A DNA stretch of 64,000 bases from Stegostoma tigrinum (Eukaryota): positions 1,860,001 through 1,924,000 of the forward strand of contig NC_081396.1 in NCBI RefSeq assembly GCF_030684315.1. Direction: 5' to 3'. Positions 1 to 10,932 of the stretch are shown here, piece by piece. A program made the translations under genes and the position numbers. Numbering within the stretch: position 1 is the stretch's first letter; each line of letters opens with the position of its first letter. The notes beneath the pieces are model-generated. The model saw nothing but the letters and a program-made list of their open reading frames with translations, ran no database searches and was not told where the DNA came from.

Positions 1-1010
1 CCAGCGACATTTTGCTCTCTCCTCTTCTATCAAATTTCTCCAAGAACTGTTTCATCTGGAACACAAAGTTCCACTTCTCCTTCAATTGTTATTGCTCACT
101 GCAGTCCCACTGCACCTTCCCATGCAACTGTTGAAGGCATAGCAGCTATCCGTTTATTTCATCATTTCTCAACATCCAAGGACCTAAACAGTTCTTCCAG
201 GGTGAAGCAGAACTTTGCCTTTTTTTCACTCAAAATAGTCTACTGCATTCACTCTTCCCGAAATTGAGGAGATGAAGTGAAGACTGAGTGACCACTTCAT
301 GGTATACCTAGATCCGCGGCAAAAAGACACTGAGAATGCCATTGTCTGCCATTTCATTATGCCACATTTTTCTCCAGCCAGCATCTCTTTCTGAGGCTTG
401 TTGCAGTGCTCCACTGATGCTCTGTGCAGCCTGGGAGAACAGCAGCTCATTTGCTTTTGCGAACTCTACAGCTTTGTGCAATTCATAATGCCTTCGGCCA
501 TTTTTTGGTTTCAGCTCGTTCCCAACACTTTCCCGCAATCTCACACATCTTGCCTTGCTACAATAATTAAAAGAATCATGTGGCACGGAAACAAACACTT
601 CACTCAAAATACTTAAGGCAGCACATGATGCCAAAGCAAACAAATAGCATCTACCTGCTCGTTGCAAATAAATATCCTGGTTCATTTGCTTTTCTAAGCA
701 TGTTTTAAACGTCACAATTGCACTCACACCTATGACTTCCATTGCGAGGCACTAACTGCTCTAATCAGCAGCTATTTATTGTCAATGCCTGACCATTAAC
801 TACCCATTTCCCCTCTGACTGTTTCTATCGCTCTTTGGGGTTCGTATAAACCTTCAGTTTATTTCTATCTTCTGCGTCAAAAACAATTGTTTCCTCACTG
901 CAATCAGTTCTGTAGAAGCATCACTGAAGATAAATCATTAATTCGGATTTTGTTTTTACTCACAGATACTTCACGATCTGCTGTGATTTTCGAGCAATTT
1001 CTGTTTTGGT
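1..1010 (+). mobile_element. Penelope-like element 3' part (GIY-YIG remnant)
   Basis: Homologous to 14630-15640; degenerate GIY-YIG region near 190-300. Confidence 0.6.
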
Positions 1011-3073
1011 TGCAGAAGAATATGCGATTTGGTCCCAATCAAATATAATGAATTCATCTATAATACAAATACAATATCTAATACAAAACAATCAGCAATT
1101 CCGACATAGCAACTCTATTTTTACAGTTCTCACTGTTACGGTGTCTCAGTCATGTTAACGGTTCTTACAAGCATATGAAATCGCCTTTCCCTGGCCTCAA
1201 ATCAAATTGAGTTTGCAGGGCTCAATGTCTCGAATCTTAAACAGTAGACCCCCAGGGAAGACACCTCTCAGGTTTTCATCCTTTCTTCATGACACGGCTT
1301 TTGACCTTGTTATCTCAAATTATTTTCACTGGAGATAGTTTTCTCCTCTCGAATGATCTAGTTGTCGTGTTTTTACACAACGGACAAGGCCATCAGCACA
1401 TCTTCTAAGTGCCAGTCATCAACTTCTATCTATTCTAACGTCTATGTATTCGAATGTCTATCTATTCGAACGTCAGTTTCCAGCATTTGGCCCATTCCTT
1501 GCGTGCTCTGACTTATAAAGTGTTCGTCTAAGTAGTTATTCCATGCCTTGAGGGCTTCAAAGGAAACGTAAAAGCTCCTTCAACCAACGGCATGAACTAC
1601 CGGAGCTCACTGTGGTATAAAATCCACACTTTCCCCTTTGGAGACAGTTCTGAAATCCTAAAGCGTTTCACGGAGCTGTGTCTCACTTTTAGTGCAAGTC
1701 TATCTTCTAGAATGTCCCTGCGAAAGTCTTGGGGAATTCCGTTTCGAATTCTACTCATTACAGAAATGCCATGGTCTTTTCAGGAGAGAAATAGCAAGAA
1801 ACAAAATAGAATAGTGACTTTACTGTCACGAGAACGCGAATGAATGTAGTGAAGATCTAGTAATGTCACCACTGTGGTACCATCTTAAGTAGAGGATACC
1901 CAGAAACAGACACGTGTGTTTAAGAATTGAAAGTGTAGACAAAAATCGAGCATAGGAATGCAAAGTTTCACATAGTACTCGAAATACTCAAAGCCCTGAC
2001 AGCGAACAAAGGCATCTTCAAAATGTATACAAATTATGTTCCTTTAGTCTGAATCCGTCCCTGTCAGGCTTTAGAACTCAGGGCCTCCCTATCTCCTTGC
2101 GCTGGCATTCGGCCCAATATCCACCATCAGAGCTCCTCTCCTCAAGCTGGACTTCATTCGGATTCCCCGTCGTGCCAGTTTCTCGGCTGCGATTTCACAA
2201 GCTGATGAGAGAGTGGGGAAGAAAAACTGCAGAAAAGCAAACAGAAAAGAAAGAAAAAATGAAACGTACCTGGCGAACCAGAGGGGATATGACTGGAGTG
2301 ATCTACTGCACCTCTATTTTGCACTGAAATCCCCTCTTGCACCAAATGTGTTTCCTCTTTGCATCTGAAGATGGCTGTTGCACGCTGAACGTTGGCTCTG
2401 ATTGCCAATCACAGGTGCGGCCAGGCCTGTTGAGTATCTCCAGCAATTTCTGCGTAGTTTCACATTCGCAAAATGCAAAGTTTGCTTTACTTCAGCCTGG
2501 CATGATATTATTTGTCAAAAGTGTAAAACAATTCTTTTTTGGTTTTTATTGTGATTTCAGCCTCTTCCCCCACCAGAATCCACAACGTTTAGGAAAATTT
2601 GGAATAAACGGAAAATGGGCTGACAGGCAGTGAAATGCACCAGGATGCATCAAATGCCATAAAAGTTCACTGAGAAAGACTAAGGAGAAAATGATTTTAT
2701 ATAATAGTCATTGAATGGAGCGTAACTGTCATTAGTTCTAAAGAGCAGCAAATCCTATTGCTGAATAACTCGGAGGAAAAATGAATAGGAAATAGTCAGC
2801 CATTGAGAGTAAGGAGTTGCTGATTAGAACAGTTAGTGCCTCGCAATGGAAGTCGTAGATGTGAGCGCAATTGTGGCGTTTAAAAGACGATGAAAAAAGT
2901 AACTGACCCAGGAGATTTATGTGCCAGGAGCAGGTAGATGTTACTCATTTACTTTGGGATCATGTGCTGCGTGAAGTATTTGGAGTAAAATTGAATGGAG
3001 CTATTGATTTTGATATGGTTTAAAATATAGAAAGCCTTCTGCTATATTTAAATTATGCTCTCATCCTAACATC

Positions 3074-3270
3074 ATGTGCTCCCCATGTTTGTTTCTCATA
3101 TTGGCGGTCTTCTTGCCTGCTGAGTCTGTGATAACGTGGTTAGTACATCATCCAGGGATTACACATTATGGTACGTATCTTTGGGAACCTTCTGTCTGAG
3201 AGCGTGTTGCATTTATGTGACATGATGCATACATTAGTGCAGAGATATGCTGATAATTTCCAAACACATT
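3074..3270 (+). pseudogene. V pseudogene family B remnant (leader plus 3' end, V exon largely deleted)
   Basis: Leader MCSPCLFLILAVFLP with donor mutated to cTGAGT; aligns with 17989-18466 but lacks most of the exon. Confidence 0.6.
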
Positions 3271-3379
3271 CTTTCATCTCCGGAATGTGAGAGTTCCAGT
3301 AGTACCCAGCAGAGTGTGCTCTCACTTCAATAAACAGAAGCAATAATTTCACGTCCGCAGAGACATTCTGCGAAAAATG

Positions 3380-4060
3380 ACAGAATCCCTGCAGCGTGGA
3401 GGCAGGTCATTCAATCCATCGAGTCCTCACCAACCCTCTGATTAGTGTCCCACTAACATACACCCTGTCCCCGTGTTCTCCAGTCAAATCCAGATAGCCA
3501 GTACATCCCTGGGCATTCTGGGAAATTTGGCATTCCAAATCCACCTAAACTGCACGGCTTTGGACACTGAGAAGAAACAGGATCACCCTTTGGAAACCCT
3601 GTGAATGGCCATCTCCACTTAGAAGGCCATCCTGGGCTGAGTCATACCCGCCTTCTGGCACTTTCAGGTAGTGCAGTGTTGCTGCACCTCACAAAAGGCG
3701 TTACTGCTCATACAGTCCACAAGGAAAGTTGATCTTGACTGATGGATTAATATTATTTTATTCCAACTCGTATGCTTACTGAAACCAACATTAATAAATT
3801 TATTCACATAATAGAATTCATAGATTCTCTGCAGTGGTGAATCAAGTCATTCTGTCCACTGTGTCCACATCAGCTCTCCGAAGAGCATCCCACCAAGAAA
3901 CAATGTGTTCCTTGTCACGCTACATTTCCCCCGCTTAGTCTGCCCAACCTCCATACCCTGGACATGTCAGGGCAACGTGGCATGATTAATCCAAATAACC
4001 TGTACATCGTTCAACTGTAGGAGGAAACCGGCACACCTGGAGGAACCCCACGCAGACAAG
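3380..4060 (-). mobile_element. Two decayed HE1-like SINEs (homologues at ~18585-19265)
   Basis: Reverse-complement matches to the SINE core, e.g. GGAGGAAACCGG.CACCTGGAGGAACCCCACGCAGAC. Confidence 0.6.
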
Positions 4061-4200
4061 TTTTAAGTATCTAAACTCTACACATAATTGATCATTGCTT
4101 TTATCATTTGGAGCATTTCTCTGCATGAGTGTAATGTTGGTAAACGTTTCCACATTTCCACTGTAAATTTCATGGAACGTTTTCCTGCAGTCTGTTTATT

Positions 4201-4484
4201 GGTTTTATTTGATCAGTGTATTGCTAAGTCATCCACAGTGGATGTATAATGAGCATAGTTCTCATAGGGTTGACACAGAATATTAAAACAAGCACAAAAG
4301 GGAAGCTAAACATTAATAATGGCATATGCACTGCTCGCAGGCAGGATCCTGGGCACTCCTTCCCAGCTCCCAACACCCATACACTGCGGGTGGACAATCT
4401 GCACTGTCTGTGATCTCTTAAGGCTGACGTCTCCATTTTGGGCTTCAGATTCACAAATTCCGTCAGTTCAAAAGCCATGTGTCA
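4201..4484 (-). pseudogene. Highly decayed V relic family D, head-to-head with V-A copy 1
   Basis: Minus-strand acceptor at 4485; QCRLSTRSVW; RSS-like CACTGTG + 24 nt + AATAAAACC. Confidence 0.45.
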
Positions 4485-4804
4485 CTGCAGAAAGTGACAA
4501 AAATCATCTTGTGTATCTCTGGTGTGAAGTCAATCAAAGCCAAATCCACCAGCAATTTGGTCTGATTAGTCACTGTGTAGAATTTAACTGAGGATATACA
4601 TCAGCATTGCACCGCTTCTTCTTTATGTTAAATACTTCACATTGAAGATCAGACTGTCAGCTTCGCTAAGTAACAACCAGTCAATATTTATCCATTTATT
4701 TTTCTCAGAACACTAGAATGTGCGGTTGAAGTCAGAAATATCAACCTTCGAGGCAAAGCAACATCCGAACAGCCTGAAGCAGTGTCAGAAGCTGCTTGCT
4801 GTGA

Positions 4805-4840
4805 CGGAAGTGATGTCAGATCACTCAGCCAATGATGTCA
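4805..4840 (+). promoter_or_regulatory. V-gene promoter: Ets-like GGAAG, CRE-like decamer AGTGATGTCA, CCAAT box
   Basis: AGTGATGTCA at 4809-4818 fits the TCR V promoter decamer AGTGAYRTCA; CCAAT at 4829; ~110 nt upstream of the ATG. Confidence 0.65.
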
Positions 4841-4923
4841 GATTTTCAATCTCTCACTCTCTTCTTCGATACTTTGCAGGTTTATATGACACGAGCATAT
4901 CCCCGGGAAGGTTAGCAGCAGTG

Positions 4924-4969
4924 ATGCAGTTCTCCATTTTCACGGTGACCTTTGTTACTTTCGTTGCTG
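4924..4969 (+). CDS. Leader exon of intact TCR V gene, family A copy 1
   Basis: ATG...MQFSIFTVTFVTFVA plus 1 nt, then GTAAG donor; phase 1 joins in frame to the exon at 5738. Confidence 0.9.
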
Positions 4970-5737
4970 GTAAGAAGTTTTTCGCTGATGGAAAAAGTTT
5001 GAATTTCTCTATTGCTAAGTCTGAACTAAACCGGTAATATTTTTTCAATGCGACTTAGACGTTGGGTGCACTACACTGAACCTGCTTTGAACCGATTGAT
5101 TCTATGCCTTGCATGCAGAACAAGAAATGATCACTAAGTGTAAAAAAAGAGTCAGTAGAGTAATGATCCCAGTATTAAGAGATGATCATTATCGAAACGT
5201 ATGACCGATCCTAAATGCTTCATAAGACTAGAATAGCGATACAAAAGAAAACTTAAGGGAATCCTGTTTTCACCAATGAACTCACTGACTCAAGGAGTGT
5301 TTGAATCAGACTATAATGTCGTGATTGTGTTGTCAGGGAAATTGATGATGAACAGATGAAAAGATGGACATGCAGCTGAAATACGAACACGGAGTAACCA
5401 GACTTCTCCTGTGGTTGCCAAAATGGACATTGATCAGTTTTTTTTTCTGAATTAGGTTTTATGTTCAAAGGCAAAATACAAAAATTGCTTGTAGAATTCC
5501 AAACGTCTGGTTGCATCATGGTCAGAAACAGGATGAAAGCAAATGTTCGTCCGAAAAGCCATCTTCGGAACTGAGTTCAATGGCAAACCGTATTTCTCAT
5601 TTTTTTTATATTTCATTTCCATGTTCAAGTTCAAATTCATGTCGCAGCTGATGTGAGTTTTGTTTCTAATTGCCAATTCAAAATGTCAACAGAATTTTTA
5701 GCCACTCATTCCTGCTTTCTCTGACCTTGTCTTTCAG

Positions 5738-6039
5738 ATCTGAGCGATGCAGTTTCTGTGACTCAGGGGGAGCCCTCTCTCACGCAAACAGAGAGGGAAG
5801 ATGTCACTTTCACCTGCACGTACACCGATGATGTTGATTACTTGTTCTGGTACCGCCAATACCCCGGCAGAAAGCCCGAGTTCGCAGTCCGTAGGTACAA
5901 AAGCGGCGGTGGGGAATTGAAGGCATATTTTGCTCAGAAGCGGTTTTCCGACTCCGTCCAGCAGTCAGACAACTCATATCGATTGACCATCTCGGAGCTG
6001 CAGCTGTCTGACACCGCGAATTATCACTGTGCAGCGAGA
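5738..6039 (+). CDS. TCR alpha/delta-type V exon, family A copy 1 (intact ORF)
   Basis: Acceptor ctttcAG; DLSDAVSVTQGEPS...FTCTYTDDVDYLFWYRQYPGRKPEFAV...RFS...LTISELQLSDTANYHCAAR; both conserved Cys and Trp present; RSS follows. Confidence 0.92.
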
Positions 6040-6078
6040 CACAGCGATGGGAATGAACGAAAGCCTCGTACAATAACT
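6040..6078 (+). other. Recombination signal sequence, 23-bp spacer
   Basis: CACAGCG + 23 nt + ACAATAACT. Confidence 0.92.
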
Positions 6079-8013
6079 GCTGCAGATTTCTGGGTCACAG
6101 CTGCTGCCTGTTTAAGACAGCTTATAAATGGGTTTCACACACTGACGATTCTACACATTTATGTGCTGGAAAGTGTCGAAAATAATCCACGTAAACATGA
6201 TTTAAAATCGTTCAAATGAATTACTGAATCTGACTTTGGAAATGACTGCCTAAATTAACAAACAGCTGCTGTTTGTGCAGGATGTGTGCGACTTCAGAAG
6301 GACAGGGACATGGCACGTGGTGGTAGATATCCATATCAGTTCATTATTCCGTCAGCACAAGACGGAATGATCTGATTTTTTTTTAACGAGGTTGTAGAGC
6401 ACAGTTCGGTGGGGAAATTGAATTAGAAAGAGGCAAATGTGGGTGTTGTGTCGTTCCTTTGCTCCTCCTCTCCACAGGAATTAGGTGCAGCAGAAAGTAA
6501 GAAAAAATACTGTTCACGTTTGAGAAATTCGAGATAATCATACGCACTTGTAGTATGTCAGAGAGCCAAAGATAGTCTAAATAAGAAGCTGATTTTTATT
6601 TTCAGCATAGTTTCACAGAAAAAAAAATGTTGTGGAGTCAACCATACAGAGGCTTCTGTAGACATGGCAGTTTGCAAGACTATAAAACAAAATAATGAAC
6701 GCATAATGATGATTCCCATGGGAACCAGTGACCATATGATGTTGGACATTGCATTCAAATTCAGGGAGATATCCCTTTACCTGAAACCAAGGGTTTTGAG
6801 CTCTGTCACATGATTGACGGCTGTCTGCCAGGCAATACATGGAAATATCATTGTGGTGTTTTGGTCATGACCTTTGTCGCATTTTGTGCTTCTCAAGATA
6901 TTAGTGTCAGAGTTCAGGGTCGTAGTCATTGGTATTTTAGTAATTTGTTGTGGTGCTATTAAACATGGGGGGAAAGCCTTCTTTTAATTCCAAAATTCCT
7001 GTACTCATTCATTCCATACAAGTTGCATGGACATGGGTTATATCAGATCGAGTGTGTATAATTGTATTCCAGTTTTATCATGTCTTCAACATCCTATCCT
7101 GTAGTCATATAAATAATTCGATGTTACTGTATTTCCTACAGATCATAAACAATTGCAACTGGTTTTATTCAGATCAACATATTCATATTTACCATAGTTT
7201 GAGATTTTACATCAGGCATGGGGAGACTGGAGTTTTACAGGGAAGAAATGCCAATTGGGATGTGAGTAACGGATGTGGTGGTGTATAGAAATGGTTCTGT
7301 TGGATCGTCCTTATGTCCTTCTTTCTTTAGAGCAGGAAGCATTTAGTCGCAGCAGAATTACAGATTTCTGTTTCTTTTTGGGGCTGACAGTGATAATGGC
7401 AGAAATGGACCACCAACAGCAATCTCTCGACTGAAGAACTCAAAAAAGTTTGCACACATTAAATGAGAACAGTGGGCTGGCCAACAGCAGTATGGAAAGA
7501 CAGAAGAAGGTGTGCGATGGCTGTCGATTGCAGCCAAAATTATGGAAAGGAAAAAGTGGCGCCTGAACCTTGAGAAGTTTCCCTACAATTTATACTTTTG
7601 CGCTGTTGATTGCTGACGACCAACTGAATAAGCAGTACTTGTGGAGAGGTGGCATCAAATGACTCGAGTAATTCCCAATCAGCGAGAACATTAAGCATTC
7701 AAAGCATTCTGACTGCATCAATTTGAAACGCGTATTCCAAACTTTTTTCACTCCTGCATTTTCTACAGCCCATTTACTTTTCAACTGATGACAGTTTCCT
7801 TCAGCGATTTAGAATGGAATGCTTTCATATCATGCGTTGGACACCCTGTTTCAGACAAATAATGATGTGTGACAACGGGCATGACCGTTGGTGTCTTGGT
7901 GTCTGGGCATGCTGTCTGGGTGAACAGATTACCGTAAAGAATGAGTTCATCAGAGTCGGGTGCTGTTTCTTCTTTGCAACTAGATCTCATTCCATTTTAG
8001 TTTACTGACAGAG

Positions 8014-8620
8014 ATGTATTCCTAAAGATTATTGTTCTTTCTTATCTTTATTATAAGAGTTTCAATCATAGGTTATGTTCATAAGGACACGTTTCAAATT
8101 AATTCTTGAACGTTTGATATTGTGTTTTATATGATTAACGAGACATAATTTCCAAGAAAGGGCAGATCAGAAGGCAACAGTCTCCATGCAATTGCTCTTG
8201 TACAACAATGTTTGGATGGGCATTGCTAACTAATTGATACTTTCCTGCTCTGTACACACAATTGGACTATTTGCAGATCGATTAACACAGTTTCTTGCGA
8301 TCACAGTAGTGGCTGAAAGTTGTCTGTGAATTTGGATTACAACAAGAACAACCTGGACACAAGCTACGTGTAGTGATATCTGAAGAAACCGGTTCTTTAC
8401 ACAATTCAGAATTCTACCAAAGTAGTAATGTTAGAGGAAAAGTAAGCTTCTAGAAGACGTATATAGTAGTTGCTGATGAAAGTAATGATCTCCCGTTATC
8501 TTAGCACAAAAAGTCTGAACGTGGAATGTATGATAGACTATTCCTGTGATGTGAGGCGCAGCATAGATTAAGACTAAAACCCTGGCTAACAAACTGTCTG
8601 GATCACAACACCTCAAAAAT
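8014..8620 (+). pseudogene. V pseudogene family G (Ig/TCR-gamma-like framework), copy 1
   Basis: Leader-like ATG at 8014; VCEF / NNLDTSYV**YLKKP / YLSTKSLNVECMIDYSC. Confidence 0.55.
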
Positions 8621-8692
8621 ATTTTTCATGTGTGTTTTAAACATAAGGAGTAGCAGTCACTGACTTAGGATAATGGGACATATTTGTAATAC

Positions 8693-8741
8693 TTGCAGCA
8701 TCTGCCAAGACTATATAGAGCAAGAGTGCAACAAAATGCAT
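8693..8741 (-). pseudogene. Orphan leader exon of V family H (V exon deleted in copy 1)
   Basis: MHFVALLLYIVLADAA plus 1 nt and GT donor; homologous to leaders at 30157 and 50385. Confidence 0.55.
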
Positions 8742-10419
8742 GCTTCCATATGGCAGAAAAATTCCGAATTTGACAGCTTGAAACTATCGAAGGAAATCCG
8801 TTTCAATGGCATCATGTTACCGTTGTGAAAAATAAACACAACATACGATCTGCTCTGAAATGGTAATGTGGATGCTGTCCGTCTTCCATAAAAGAGGACA
8901 GGCACAATAAAATCAAATTTCAAGATCAGTTTCAATTTCAACTGCAGGAGCTTCCAGATTTTAATTTCATTGCAGTTCTCACCATCCTTTGCTGATGTTT
9001 TGAATCATAGAACATTGAAGAATTTTCCTGATTTGATTTTTTTTGTCTCTGTCCAGAGCATATTGCCAGCAGGAACACGGATATCAGTGACATCTTCCTT
9101 TCTCTTACCGAATAACTCTTTCATGTAGAACCATTTCTCCTCAAATCTGTTTGAGGACAAATGCCTGGGTATACTTTGCCCTTCTTACCAGCTATGATGA
9201 AGAGTAGTCGTGACGTGAAACGTGAGAATCTATATGAATGCGTTTGATCGTTTGAGTTCCACATTTATATTATTCAGTACGTTTTACTTTATCATCCACA
9301 CTTCAGCAATATCATTTGGTAAATTCCAAAATTAAACTGTCGTGCATAATTCAATTAATCAGAACTCTGCAAAATCAACATCTTGATTTGAAATGAAGAG
9401 AACTAATTTTATGCCTTCAGCCCTAATGTTGATGACTTTTGTTTTCAATAAGTAACACAACCCTTCAGCTAAATGAAAGCATACGTCCTGTGAACGTTAA
9501 AATAAAATGTTCCAGCCCAGGCATAGAATACTGGTTTCAATGTTTTAATTTAAAGGCACTCATTTACCTACTGACAATCTGTAGGTGAACCTGTTCACAA
9601 CAGCAGGTGTGGGTGAAGATCTAATTCCATTGGAAAGCACGCAAAACTCATTATACCATTTTTATTGATGCTATGATACACTGTCCTGGTTTATTGGTGC
9701 ATAAAGTGAAACTCTTTCATTTTTTTCCCCCAAAACATTACGTTTAATCAAGATATTTATAAATTTGGGTAGCAAAACATTTCGACTTGAAAGATACAGT
9801 GTGTCATAATATTCAGCATGTCTTTACCCAGCATGTTCTACTAATAGGACACACTTTACAATTACATCTTCCCTATTTGATTCTGTTTTATGATGATTGC
9901 TGGATGTGCTAACACAAAGAATTGTTCAGTCGAAATGTGAGACATCCATTCATTCAACATTTCACACAGCTATGGATGAAAAAGAAATCACCATCTACGA
10001 ACAGACGCTCAGGCCAAAATCTGTGAGCTGGTCGTCTGTGATGCTTATTCCAATGAATTCTCTCAAAATGCAGTCAGAGAAGTTTGACAATTCACTTATT
10101 TTTGCTACAAAATCTGCCATTTCTGTTAATGGGAAGACAATATGTCAAAAATAGTGTGCCAATCCACAAGTTTTACAATATTACGTTGTTAGACGTTCAC
10201 CAGTGAAATAAAATTTCCATGGCTAGGGATGAAGGACACTGTCTGGAGGGATGGGAAGAGAAAATATTGGAGTAGGTAATGGTGTAAAAAGGATTATGCA
10301 TTTTTTTGAAAAATGAACTAATTTTCTCTCTTTAAGTGGGTGACTGTTCCTCCACTGCTGAACTGCTCTTTCAAGTGTGAAAGCGCCTCTGGTGTGTTGT
10401 TACTGACACTGGCAGACTG

Positions 10420-10932
10420 AGTGTTTGTAAGGGCTTTGCCATAACTCTGCTTCAGTGTGGGCTGCATAGCACAAATATACATGGCACAGTCAGAGAAGAT
10501 TGCCTTGTTGATTTTTAATTCAGTAAACTTCGTGGATTTTGTAACTGTGATAGAAAACCTGTCCAAAAAACTCAGGATTCCAGTTTATAATCTCTGCTGC
10601 TATCGTACAAAACCATGTACTGTAGAGGCTTTCCAGGAAGTTGAGTGCACCAGTCAACGTAAGGTTTGGAAGACTTGTTTTTAAGCTGCAGTTTAGTGTG
10701 GTATTGTCTCCCTGCTTACTCACCATTTCAGGACCTGGCTGCTCCACCGTGTCTTCTTGACTCCGTTGTCTTAAAAAAAACTTCAAAATCACGACATTAC
10801 AATTGTTGCTTTACTAATCATGACATTTGTGTTGCAAACAGCTGTGAATGGGGAAAATGGAATGTCACTGGGAAATAAACACCTACTGAAGATTGTGATA
10901 ACAGTGAGAAGCTATTCGAGAAGATTTCTCAT
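10420..10932 (-). pseudogene. TCR V pseudogene family C, copy 1
   Basis: Leader with internal TAG; QEDTVEQPGPEMVSKQGDNTTLNC / YVDWCTQLPGKPLQYM / DRFSITV...SDCAMYICAMQP; three frameshifts; CACACTG + 24 nt + ACAAACACT. Confidence 0.88.

Noticed and set aside
7320-7780. Conserved block (also ~26.8-27.3k and ~47.2-47.7k) as a Mab-21-like exon or V relic
   Set aside because: Stops in all frames and motifs too weak (CDGCRL on plus; LH*Y and DTVLIYF on minus) to assign
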